From Lepidodermella squamata (taxonomy: Eukaryota; Animalia; Gastrotricha), in the NCBI GenBank assembly GCA_047495785.1, contig JBLDXI010000002.1, forward strand, positions 2,480,001 through 2,544,000: a stretch of 64,000 nucleotides of DNA, in the 5' to 3' direction. The notes under the pieces are model-generated. The model searched no databases, was not told the DNA's origin, and saw only the letters and a list, made by a program, of their open reading frames with translations. Position 1 is the first letter of the stretch. Each line of letters begins with the position of its first letter. Of the stretch, positions 12,504 through 25,000 are shown one piece after another. A program made the position numbers and the translations under genes.

Positions 12504-13658
12504 TCAAATGCGGTCGATTTCAGCCGAATTTTCCGCATAGTTCAATTGCAGGCTACGACCAGCATCCTTTGAGGCTAGATACGCGGCACCAGCAGCGGCC
12601 GGCGCCTTCAAAACGTTGAAAGAAAATCCAGTTGGGAAAGCGTCTTCGCCGAAATGCGGCTTGATTTCTTCGAGAAAGCCCTCCTTCAATAAGGCCCAGC
12701 TCTTAAAGACGGAACCAACGCATAGAATCGGGAACTTCCCACTGCTGCCCGAGATTGTTTTAACAACTTCAGCAGCCTGGCTCGCGCCCAATTCGTGGCG
12801 AGTTCGTTTCAGGGCGCCTACGACATGCGCGCCTAAATGACGCCCGGCTTCGTAGAAAACCAGGCGGCAAAGCGGGTCGTCGCCATGCTTCGCGATATCA
12901 GCAGTCAGCGCGGCAATGTTCGACTTTGCAAAGCCGGGTCCGTAGAAAAAATCTAAAATAGCACTAGTCGAGTCGATTTTGAATCGATCGAAAATGAGTT
13001 TCCGCAGCACGGTTGGGTCCAGGTTATTCGGCGGCTTATCAGCCCGTTCGCCGGGTCGGACGTAGAAATCTTCCATTTCAATGACGCGCTTTATAGCTTC
13101 AGCCGCGATCCAATACGCTGAGCCGTAGTCGCCGATTGCGTGGCCCCAGCCGCCGGATGAAATGACTTTCGACGCTGGGGTGACTAGAACGCAGTTCGAC
13201 CCAGTACCTGAGATCAGAACGATACCGCCGTGTGGGAAGGCGGCGTAAATAGGGCCTAGGGTGTCGTTGAATATCGAAACATGGCTGTTTTTCACGTTCG
13301 GATTCGCCGCTTGAAGACTGGCGAGAATTCGGGCCGATGAGTCGTGGTGACAGCCACCACTCAGCGACAGCCCGAGAACGGAAAGACGAGAGCAAAAATC
13401 TGAACTAGATAAGCCCAATAAAACAGCAGCGTCGTCGAGTAGCTTGGCTAACACTTCGCCGCATTTATCGAATCCAATCAGCTGGGTAAACAAAAAACTA
13501 GTGAAATTTCCGTGAATGGATGAGATTTGTTTGCTTACATAAGGATTTGTGCCGCCGGTTCGAAGTTCAGCGAGTTGCTTACCGGCCTCATTTAAGACGA
13601 CCATGTGAGATCCAGTTCCGCCACCCTCAACTCCAGCGTAAAACAAATTTTCCGCCAT
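12504..13658 (-). CDS. NAGK: N-acetylglucosamine kinase, copy 1 (intron 13482-13538)
   Basis: YAGVEGGGTGS, LGLSLSGG, NDTLG, GGIVLISGTGSNC, GGWGHAIGDYGSAYWIA, ILCVGSVFKSW.LL..GF motifs. Confidence 0.92.
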   Translation of the reverse strand: MAENLFYAGVEGGGTGSHMVVLNEAGKQLAELRTGGTNPYVSKQISSIHGNFTSFLFTQLIGFDKCGEVLAKLLDDAAVLLGLSSSDFCSRLSVLGLSLSGGCHHDSSARILASLQAANPNVKNSHVSIFNDTLGPIYAAFPHGGIVLISGTGSNCVLVTPASKVISSGGWGHAIGDYGSAYWIAAEAIKRVIEMEDFYVRPGERADKPPNNLDPTVLRKLIFDRFKIDSTSAILDFFYGPGFAKSNIAALTADIAKHGDDPLCRLVFYEAGRHLGAHVVGALKRTRHELGASQAAEVVKTISGSSGKFPILCVGSVFKSWALLKEGFLEEIKPHFGEDAFPTGFSFNVLKAPAAAGAAYLASKDAGRSLQLNYAENSAEIDRI

Positions 13659-14428
13659 TTAAAAAGCGACTATTAGGCAAAAAAATCGAAAATAATTAGT
13701 TTTATTCACGTATCTCTCTCTCCTCCGGAAACAAAAGAAAATAATGCGCGAAATAATTCTCGATCACCAAATTTTTAATTTGAAGCGCACGTTGATCGAG
13801 CTCGCGTTAAATAATAATATTATGATTAATTATAAAAATAACATATCGTGGCTGAGCCTAGGTGATAATATAGCAGTGGCCTATCTACAAACGAATTTTT
13901 CGATAACCGAGCCGAAAAGTTGCGAATTATAACAAATATTATTAAGAAGAAACACAACTTTGCCAGCACGAAAAGTACGCATCGGGGATAACATTCAAAC
14001 CACCGAATTCATAAAAGCTCGTGTTGTTCAACCAGGTATCGAGAAATAATCATATGTTTGTAAATAAGTGTCGTCAAAATATGCACCAAAAATTAATCAA
14101 GGGAATTTCTAGCATAATATAATACCACAGGTGTGCGTGTTTATATCATCTAAATATTTAAGCTCCTCTTCCGAAACAATCCTCGAGGGGCGAAAACTAA
14201 TTTCTTCCACCCGTGAAAACATTCGATGAGCTCAAAGACTCATAATTAGTCCAAAAAACAAAAAAGCTCTTTATTTAAACATCTCTTCAGCAAAAGATGC
14301 GCGACCGGATGAGGAAAAGGAGTAATGTAGCAGACGTCGTTAAAGGACAGCATATACTCTTTCTGTACAATATTATATAGTATCTTTTTCATAATAATAA
14401 TAACACATTTTTCGTCGATTTTTTTCAT

Positions 14429-14448
14429 CGTGCGTGCGTGCGTGCGTG
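14429..14448. repeat. (CGTG)5 microsatellite
   Basis: Direct reading. Confidence 0.9.
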
Positions 14449-14489
14449 AGTCAACAAAACATCGAGTTCCATGTTAGTTAAGGAGGATG

Positions 14490-15666
14490 TCATAGTTGTT
14501 GCGGGGCGGTGACAATGTCGAGCTCGGTCGAATTGGCGGCGAAATCGAGGTGAATCGGCTGGCCGGCTTCGCGGCTGGCGAGGAAGGCCGCGCCGCCCGC
14601 CGCGCACTTGTTCAGCACGTGCAGCGTGAAACCAGCCGGGAAGGCCTCGTCCTTGAAGTGCGGGTTGACGACGGCGAGGAAGCCGGCCTTCAGCAGGTCC
14701 CAGCTCTTCCAAACCGAGCCGACGCAGAGAATCGGGAAGAGACCGTGCCCGGCCTCGGTTGAGACTCGATTGATGACGTCACGCGTTTTCGTCACGCCAA
14801 AATCACGCTTCGCCCGTTTCAGAACGCCGACGATGTGCGCGCCCAGGTGGCGGCCGGCCTCGTCGAAAATCTGCAGGCTCAACTTGTCGCCGTCCCGCGC
14901 CGCATCGCCGACGTCCTTCGCGAGCGAGGCGATGGCGGTTTTGCAGAAACCGGGTCCGTAAAAGTGGTCCATCAACGCGCACGTCGACTTCACGCCGAAA
15001 CGCTGAAGGACAAGCGATCGCAGCCGACTCGCGTCGAGCTTTGAGCTGGTAAAACCGGGTCGCTCGTAGCAGTCTTCCGCCTCAATGACACGTTTGATTG
15101 TCTCAGTCGCGATCCAAAACGCAGAACCGTAGTCGCCAATCGCATGGCCCCAGCCGCCAGATGACAGGACTTCTGACTCAGGGGTGCAGAGGACGCAGTT
15201 CGATCCAGTTCCCGAGATCAACACGATACCTCCGTTCGGGAACGCGGTGTAAATTGCGCCTAGGGTGTCGTTAAAAACTGAAATATGACCCCCAGTTAGA
15301 TGAGGGTTAGCCTTTCGAAGAGCTGCCAAAATTCGCTCTGCTGAGTCGTGGTGAGCTCCACCACTGAGCGACAGGCCGAGAATGCAGAGGCGCTGCGAAA
15401 ATTCCTCACGGGTCAGTCCTAAAATTCCAGCAGCCTCGCTGAGCAATTTGTCGAGCCGCTGACCGCAAACATCAAAGCCAACCACCTAAAATATGAATTT
15501 CATAATTAACCTGATTTATTTTGGCAGATTGCCAACTCACGTAGGGATTAGTTGATTCTGTCTGAGCTGCAGCTAATTCATGTCCATTTTCGTCGAAAAC
15601 AACGAGCTTCGAGCACGTGGCACCGCCCTCAACGCCAGCAAAAAGTTGACTGTGGTTGTTGCTCAT
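14490..15666 (-). CDS. NAGK: N-acetylglucosamine kinase, copy 2 (exons 15666-15541, 15485-14490)
   Basis: Same motifs as copy 1 (FAGVEGGATCS, GGIVLISGTGSNC, GGWGHAIGDYGSAFWIA, LCVGSVWKSWDLL); intron after TNPY as in copy 1. Confidence 0.92.
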
Positions 15667-16521
15667 ATTTCGCAGTCGAAATAATAACCAAGTATTTAAA
15701 GACAAATTACGCTGCCTATTCACAAAAAAATAGCATTAATCAACGTCTATTGACTTTGGATGGCCCGATTTTTGAATAGCAGCGCTTCTTTCTTTGTGTA
15801 ATTTGACAAGATCAAGAGGGAGGGTATGGCTTGCTGACGCAGATCGCGGCCCAGATTAGGCAATAGGACGCCAAAACCAGCATCGCTTGTATGTAGGTAA
15901 TAATTTTGTATTAAGTACTCCTTATCGCTGAGCAAGCCAAGGTCCCCGAACGCGAAAAAAACGGTAGGTAATAGTAGTTCTTACGTAAAAGTGATAATAT
16001 TAATGAAGACTGTACGCATGGGCGGTGTGTGTGTGTGCCGAGCTAGAGGCACAGTATATTCATTAGATGCCGTCACGCCACCCCTCACTATGTTAGCTAG
16101 CCTTGCCACAGATTATTTACGCAGCTCGCTCCTTCTATCAAATAGAACGCCGCTACACGCGAATTGCACGAGCCGCCTTGCTTTACACTTTGGACTCACT
16201 AGCCACTTCTTGTATTAAAAAACACATGCGCTACTAATATGCTAAAACATACGCGTCCACAGCCAACAAGGAAAAAATCGGCCTGGTAAATGCGACGTGG
16301 AAGAAAAAAGGAAACGCTCTTCGATTCGCGCCTGCTTACGAACAACCGAACGTCAGAAAAAACGATCAGGTAATAAATGAGCAGACGCGCCGAAAAGCAC
16401 ACACCCCCCGTAAACGAATCCTCACGACTAGCTCTAGCATGACTAATACGATTAGGGAGATGCGGTCATCAGAAGCCTGAAAAACGACATGAGCTCGCGT
16501 CATTATACGGGAGGCACAGAA

Positions 16522-17320
16522 TTAGAGCGCCTTAAATATGGCAGTGACAAGCATGGAGCTTTCGAGGCACATAAAAAATCGGCACGTGGATATGTGGACA
16601 TGCGATCGTTCGATTTTTTGCATATCGAAGCAAAAAATTGATAATAGCGCATCAATATTCAAGGGAAAGTCATCATGCCAGGCGTTTACGCCAACAGTCA
16701 CGCTCGAAATCGACAACTCGTCAACAACAGTGGACTTTGTCCTCAATCACAACCAGCAGCAATAACAAAATATCAGGGTCTAGGATGATAAGAAATGAAC
16801 GATAAAAAACCCACTGTGATAGTGATTCATGGCTATAAAATTAGCCCTCGCGTAAGCTGTTAAAACGATCAAAATAGGTATATTCCAACGAGTAAACAAG
16901 TGAGATAAGGCTTTGAGAAAAGAGGTCAAAGAAATTAAAGAAATCGCAAGAATCGGGCAGAGAATTTTCGGTGAAAGGAACTCAGAGCAAATGAATGTCA
17001 ACATACATGCTCGTTTGGCTCCGCCTGTCCGATATGAAATCAGGTTTGCATCTTATTTAGTCAGCTGGAGTTTAAATAAACACATCAAGAAGAACATTGG
17101 GAAAGCGAGAGATTGCGGCATCGTCAGAACAGAGAATCAGAGCTCTCAAACGGAACAGCGATCTCTGGCCAAAGACGGGTTCCATCTTCAAAGAATTTTG
17201 CAATACCTCAAAAATCATACGCTTCAGATTCATATCTGATTCGGTGTCTTTCAAATTACACATTGAAATCCCACATACTGGAAGGATATTCACTGCGTTC
17301 AATGTGATAATGGTGTGCAA
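16522..17320 (-). CDS. Possible multi-exon gene of unknown function (fragmentary)
   Basis: Three consecutive minus-strand ORFs with protein-like composition; gene model not resolved. Confidence 0.25.
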
Positions 17321-18004
17321 TTAAGTGTAAGAACAGCATATTGGCTGACATTTTCGAGGAAAAAACAATAATAACATCGCAACGCCCCAAGCGTAATTGC
17401 GTTTTCACTCTCCCGGCAGTATGGAGGAGCCTTAAACTAATATCACATTTATTAGTCATAATTTTGCACAACTATAGTCTAGAAAGGGATTGTGTTATTT
17501 TAAGGTAGCTAAAGTTTGCGGTGGTCATTCAAATTTAATCGGTTGCGTGCTAACTTCAGACGTTTATTCTGAAGTCGAGAATTCGTTCGCGGCTGTTGCA
17601 ATTACCTAAAAATGTGCACTATCTGCCCAACATTTCTCCATTGTCACCATTTTCCTGCAATTGATTTTAATAGTTAGGAGAATGGCTTTGAACTAGCCGA
17701 CCTAAGGAGCAGCCGACAGGAGAAGAATCAAGAGCCAAGAGATTAACACACCGAATTTGTTTGCAGTGACTTTCAATTACGCCCATGAGTATAGATGTAT
17801 TTTTCAAAGTTTAAGAGCACTGAAAACAAAAACAGAAAAAGCTGAGATTTTCTTGGATTCTGCTCATATTCGGCTTGGCAAACTTTGCCGCTCCTTTAGG
17901 CCAGAAAATTCCACATGATTCAAAGTGAAAGTTCAGAGGGCTCATAGGTAAGCACTCTTGCACTATACGGGCTACGTTTTAGGTTTGATCAACTATGGTT
18001 GAGA

Positions 18005-18046
18005 TTAGGGGTTAGGGTTGGTTTGGGTTTGGGGTTTAGGGTTTGG
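18005..18046 (+). repeat. Degenerate telomere-like G-rich tract (TTAGGG/TTTGGG variants)
   Basis: ttaggggttagggttggtttgggtttggggtttagggtttgg. Confidence 0.7.
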
Positions 18047-19077
18047 AGTTTCCTGAAAGTGGACCCGTGTCAATCGTTCAAGAGTACCCATAAGTCAACC
18101 CATCGATTTTCTTGTGAAAAGAGCAAGTAATTGAGAGATAAAATCAGCAACTGGCGTACATACAGTATGAGAGGATCACACGACAGACCCTTACTTACCA
18201 GACGTCTTAAAAAAAGCAAGGAGTTACCGGGTACTTCTGATGCGCAACTCATTTTCTCAAAAAAACAGTGATCAAGCAGTAGGCAGCGACGGTCTACGCG
18301 AGAAAAGCTGAAAACTGAAGAAGCGACTTATTTAGACAGACAAAATCAAGATCGAAGACTTCACAGATAAGTCAGTTTTAAAAGCCAACATCGCAAGACG
18401 TTTAACGATGTATATTTCACATTCGTCCACGTGAAGCATTCAAAACAACGATAGTCCGAGGTTAAATATTTATGTGTTTATGACACGTGAGGAAAAAATG
18501 ACAACAAAAAACCTTGGTCCCAGGTCCCAGATCGATAAAGCGAACCAAGCACTTGCGAAAGAAAAGAAACTAGATCAAAAGAAACATCGTCGGTCGGTGT
18601 GGCATGGCAGCGTGCCAAAGCTTTTCCCGCGCAGGTTATGCAACAATTCTTTTTATCATAGTGTCAATAAAAATAAAGCTTTACATTTTTGTATTAAAAA
18701 CACAGTAAGAAGGTTTTTGACTAATCTTCACATATATTTCTTCCTAAAAACTGAAATCGCTGGGCGCTTATCACGCGTGCCGGCTTTTTTTAGCGGCAAA
18801 TCGCCCTTTGAATCGAACGACACCTCACCTGAACCAGGCTTGAAACCCAGAGTTTTTTTTGCCATTTTGTCGCATTCATATATGATGATTCGCATTATTC
18901 CCGAGCCCCAAACCCAGTTTACTTCTGCTGGGCTTTCTGGCTACTGGCTACTTAATTTACTTATTTTGGTATTTTTTACTATTTGTGCTCTACTTGTCCC
19001 ATGACATCAGATCATCACCTTCACAACATATCCCTGATCAATGGTTTTTCTTTTTAGATTTGTATTAATTTATCAGA

Positions 19078-22000
19078 ATGACTGATGAGGCGGACCAAAG
19101 CTTTCAGGCCGAGGTTCAGCCTTCAACCGATGTTCAAAATCTTGTGGTTTTCATCAAAAAGTCTGTGGTGAATTTACTTCAAGATGAAGTTAACGGCCCG
19201 ATTCTTGATACTGTCCTTGCCTCCAAAAATACGCAAGACCTCTTGAAGCGCTTCGTCAGTGATGCTCAAGTTCCATCAGTTCTTATTCAGCGTATTTCAA
19301 CATCTAAAGGTGCGTGAAAATCATGGTTACGCTGTATTTACTTACCTATTATCGGAACTCTGGTTAATATTAGACACGGAGGATCCCGCCGAATCGGAGG
19401 ATCGTGAGAACATCCAATATCAAGTTTCCAGCGAGATTCAGTTTTTCAATGGGAGAGTTCAAAAGTATGATTGTAAAATTTTCAATTGCAATGCATTTAC
19501 CTTTGCTTTTAGTGTAATAATTGTGAAACGCTCTGACGCGATTGATGTCGAGAGACCCTTCGCAGGGCAGCTCTGTTGCATGAACTTCGGCGAGGGCTCT
19601 CCTTATGATATGCTTCACGCTTATCTTCGCTCCGCTATGCGGCCGTTCTTTAGCTCTTATGCGAAAGAGTCTTCCAAGGCCGATCGGTAAGTGCTATGAG
19701 AAATTATGCTTAGTAATTCTAATTGCGTTCAACTTGGCAGTGAATGTGACAAAATTGTTCCGGAAGTTGAGAAGAAAATGGCTGAGCTAGAAATGGGCCT
19801 TCTTCATTTACAACAAAATATTGGTATTCCAGACATCACTTTGCCAATTCATCCCACCGTTCAAAATGTTATACGTCAATGCGAGGAACAAAATCGCAAA
19901 GCCAAGGCTGCTGACTTCGGTGACAAAGTCGAAGATTCGACATTTCTCAACCAGCTGCAATCTAATGTTGCCCGATGGACTCGAGAAATTCAAAAAATTA
20001 CGAAGCTCGAGCGGGATCCTTCCTCTGGCACAGCGATGCAGGAAGTTAGATTCTGGTTGGAATTAGAACGAGCCTTATTGCGAGTTCAAGAACGGCGACA
20101 AAGCCTCGAGATAACGTTGACTCTCGACATTCTGAAGCAGGGTCGCCGCTACATGGCTACAGTCCAGTTTGACGCTGATACCGGATTGAAACCAGCGATT
20201 GAGCAGGCTGCTGATTACAATCAACTGATGCGAGATTTTCCTTTACCCGATCTGCTGGCAGCTTCTGAGATGGATCATGTTCGTAATGCAGTAGTCGGTA
20301 TTTTCTCGCACATGAAGCGTTTGAGAAACACGTCATACCCACTTTCACGCGTTGTTCGCCTGATTGACGCGATTTCTCGCGACTTGACTCAACAAATGCT
20401 GCGAATCCTGTCGGCTCGTCGCCTGATTCTACTCGAATATCAAGATTTTGAGCCTGTGATGATGGCAGCGTCTGACGTTTTCTCAACCTGGGAGGACGAG
20501 TACGAAAAGCTTCAAAGCGTTATGCGTGATATAGCGAAACGCAGGCAGCGCGACGAACAGGCCAAATCAGCCTGGCGTAAAGTTCCGATTCACAAAAAGT
20601 TGCAACAACGCCTCGAGCAACTGCGCCGATTCAGGCAGCAGCATGAGCAGCTTCGTCAAGTCATCGGCCGAGTTTTGTCTCAGCAGCAACAGCGGGCTAT
20701 TCAACCTCCACCTAGTGCATCTGGTGACAACGCTGTTGTCCCCCAACTAGCTGATAATTCGACAGCTGCTGATGAAGTTCGCTTCGCTTATGACACAGTT
20801 CGTGAGGTCGATGTGCTGGATTTGAGCCGTGAAGGGCAGGAAACGTGGGAAGCAGCCCTCCGCCGCTACGAAGAACGCATCAACCAAATTGAGGCTAGGA
20901 TTGCATCTCAACTGCGTGACCAACTTGCAGCGGCGAAGAGCACGAACGAGATGTTCCGAATTTTCTCGAAATTCAACCCGCTGCTGGTTAGGCCACATAT
21001 TCGCGGAGCAATTCGCGAATATCAGCAGCAACTTCTCGACCGAGTTCGCGATACTGTTGAACTGCTGCAATCGAAACTGCGCGAGCCATTCGAGCAAACC
21101 GGGGTGTACAAAATGATGTGCTCGATGGATTTGTGCCCGCTAACTCGGCAGGTCACTCGAGCGAAAATCTTGGAATACCAACTCGATTTGTTAGTTCGAA
21201 TGGTTGAAGACGTTCTCGGCCGTGAATGGCAGAACCATGTCGATGGCCAGAAGCTGAAATCTGAGTTTGATGGCCTGAGAGTTCGGCTGAACACGAGTGA
21301 TTTAGTCGAAGAGTGGCTTTTGAAGGTGAAGGAGCGACCCCTTCAAATCACCGGACCGATTTTCAGCGTTGAGTCGAGTCGAAGCCGAGCGACGCAAACT
21401 GGTCGGATTTTACTGCAGTTGCGAGTGAATTTCCACGACGACGCAATCACGCTGCATAAGGAAGTGCGAAACTTGCGTTCCCTTGGTTTCCGCATCCCGC
21501 TTCAGGTTTCGAACAAAGCGCATCAGGCTCAACATTTGTACCCGCATGCGATTTCGCTGAAGCAGTCGATTTCAGTCTACGAAAACACAACTCGCCATTT
21601 GAGTGAACGGCCGCAATTGCGACCATTATTGGCGACTACGATTCGCGACTTGCATCAGTACATTACCGACGGCTCGAGTTTGGTGTGGGAAGACTACAAA
21701 CTCGAAAATTACGTCCAGCGCTTGACAACCCTGGCTTTGGCTTACCAAGACCGCGTCAATGACGTGGTAACCGCTGCTAATAAGATCGAGCAGCTGGTCG
21801 GTCAGTTGAACACCTGCGAGTACCAGGAAGTGGCTTTTTCCGAAATCATCGAGTCCGTTCAAAGCCTGGTCGACGATTTGAGTTTGAAGCAGTATTCGAA
21901 CCTTGCCAGCTGGGTTGCCGATGTCGATCGTGACATTGAAAAACGCCTGGCTGCTCGCCTCGAAGCCGCCTTAAATGCCTGGAACGCCCAGTTGGTGCAG

Positions 22001-25000
22001 GAGGGTAGCGGCGGCGAATCGAGCGCTCCGAAAATCGTGATTGAATTGCGAATGACCCAGCAGTGCTTGTATGTTGTCCCGCCGATTGAGCATGTTCGCG
22101 AGCAGTTGATGCAATCGCTCGATGGCTGCCAGAATGTTGTTTTGCGGCTTCGAAGGCTGAGACACGCCCGCCTGCAGGTCGCGCAGCAGCGTGACGTTTC
22201 GTCGGCTGAATTGACTTACCGCCAGATTTTCCTGCGACTACCTAGTGGCCTGTCTCCGATTGAGAACTGCTCGGCTTCGATTGAAAAACTCGTCAGCGAA
22301 CTGACGAAATACGTCGATTCTTGGCTGCGCTATCAGGCCCTGTGGGATTTGCAACCAGCCACCCTGTACGCCCGACTTGAAAACCATCTGCCCAACTGGA
22401 TGGCGACGATCAAGGGAATCCGCGATGGCCGGTCGACTTTCGACACGGCTGAGACAAAACGCTGTTTCGGCCCTGTAGCCGTCGATTTCGCGAAGGTTCA
22501 AACGAAAGTTTCGTTGAAATACGACTCATGGCATAAGGAAGTCGTGCAGCGTTTCGGTCAACTCGCCGCGGGTGAGATGCATGACGTCTATGCTGCGCTG
22601 TCGAAGGCTCGTGGTGATTTGGAGCAGCAACCGACTGAACCAGCCACGACGAGTGACGCCGTCTCCCTAATCACGGCTGTTCAACAACTGAAGCGGAAAA
22701 TCCGGGCTTGGGAGAAGCAGGTTGAGTCGTACCGTGAATGCGAGCGGCTGCTCGAACGGCAACGTTTCCAGTTCCCGTCGACCTGGACCTATGCCGAGCA
22801 ACTGGGCAGTGAATGGACTGCTTTGTCTGAACTACTCGGCCGGAAGGACTTGGCTATCCAGACCCAGGTCGCGAGTCTTCAGACCAAAGTTTTGGCGGAA
22901 GAGCGAATTGTTGAGGAGCACACGGTCGATTTCCTGTCCGAGTGGGATAAGGAAAAGCCAGTTGAAGGCGCTGTCCGGCCTGACCTAGCCATGCGAACCC
23001 TGACGAAATTCGAGCAGAAAATGTCGCGTTTGTTGAATGAGCGAACCGCGATTTCGAAGGCGAAAGAAATTCTCGAAATTGGCGATGTTTCCGGCAGCGG
23101 TGGTCTGTCCGCCGCTGAATTGCGAGCAAATGCCGATCGAACCAGCTCGGCTGCCGAGGAATTGAACGACCTGAAGACCGTGTGGTCTGAACTCGGCAAA
23201 ATCTGCACTTCGATCGATGAGCTGCGCGATCGGCCCTGGGCAACTGTCCAGCCTCGCAAATTGCGTCAACAACTCGAACAGTTGATGCAGCAACTGGTCT
23301 CGCTGCCAGCCCGAATGCGCCACTACGCCGGGTACGACCACCTTAAAAGAACGCTGCAGGCCCACATCAAGAGCAGTTCTTTGATGTCTGAGCTGAAATC
23401 GGAGGCGGTGCGTGATCGCCACTGGAAGGAACTCCAGCGCCGCCTTAATCAACGCTGGTCACTGACTGAGTTGACCCTCGGGCAACTTTTCGACGCAGAT
23501 CTCGGTCGGAATGAGAATGTTGTTCGCGATATTTTGGTCATTGCCCAGGGTGAAATGGGTCTCGAGCAGTTTTTGCGAACTGTCAACGACTATTGGCGGT
23601 CTTACAATGTCGAGTTGACGACTTACCAGCAGAAATGTCCTCTGATTCGAGGCTGGGACGACCTGTTCTCACATTTGAGGGAACATCTAAACAGCGTTAC
23701 GGCCATGAAATTGTCGCCGTATTACAAGCAGTTTGAGGACGAGGCCGTTACCTGGGAGGACCGTCTCACCAGGTTGAGCGTGGTTTTCGATACCTGGGTC
23801 GATGTGCAGCGTCGTTTCGTGTACCTCGACGGTGTCTTCTCCGGCTCGGCTGATATCCGCCATTTGCTGCCGACTGAATCGCAGCGTTTCGGCACGATTT
23901 CATCCGAGTTCGTCACTCTCATGCGACGCGTTGCTAAGGCGCCGCAGGTTCTCGACATTCTCGGCATTCCGAACCTGCAAAAGCAGCTGGAACGCCTCTG
24001 CGAATTGCTGACGAAAATCCAGAAAACTCTCGGTGAGTATTTGGAGCGGGAACGCGCTGCTTTCGCCCGTTTCTACTTCGTCGGCGATGAAGATTTGCTC
24101 GAGATGATCGGTAACAGCAAAAACCTCGGCCGCCTGCAACGCCACCTGCGAAAAATGTTCGGCGGAGTCAACTCGCTCGAGCTTAAGGAGGATCAGTCCG
24201 CAATCATCGGCGTAGTCTCACGCGAGGGCGAGGCTATCAAACTGCACCAACCTGTCAATTTGGTTGACGTCCGCCTTAATGAATGGCTCGCGGCTCTTGA
24301 TGCCCAACTTCGCTTCACCCTGTCGCAGCAACTCATTTTGTCACTGCGAGATTTGAGTGCATTGCGCCAGTCTGCCCAGGGCATTACCACCGAGGCGTTT
24401 TTGAAATGGGTTGACACCTACCCGTCTCAAATCATCGTTCTAGCCGGGCAGGTTAACTGGTCCGAGTCGGTTGAAAACAGCTTGGAAAACCAGCAGGGCA
24501 ATCTCGGCCCGATTCTTCAATTCCTCGAAACTGTTTTGAGCATCCTAGCCCAGGCGGTTCTGACCGAACAACCCGCTGTTATGCGAAAGAAACTCGAAGG
24601 AATGATCACTGAAATGGTGCATAAACGAGATGTTACCCGCCATCTCGTTGCCGCGAATTGCAAATCCGCGAAGGCGTTTGAATGGCAGTCTCAAATGCGT
24701 TTCTACGTGGATCCGTCGAAAATCAGCGATTCGCAGCGTCTTTTGCGTATCGAAATGGCCAGTGCCAAGTTCTTCTACGGTTTCGAATACATCGGAGTCG
24801 CTGATCGGCTGGTCCAAACCCCGCTGACCGACCGCGCATATCTCGCGATGACCCAAGCCCTGTCGTTCAAACTCGGCGGTTCGCCCTTCGGACCAGCCGG
24901 TACTGGTAAGACTGAGACCGTGAAAGCGCTCGGTCAACAACTCGGCCGCTTCGTCCTTGTGTTCAACTGCGACGAGTCGTTCGATTTCCAGGCCATGGGT

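Noticed and set aside
18474-19004. 176-aa ORF upstream of dynein
   Set aside because: Non-ATG start, composition of promoter/UTR sequence, no homology cues.
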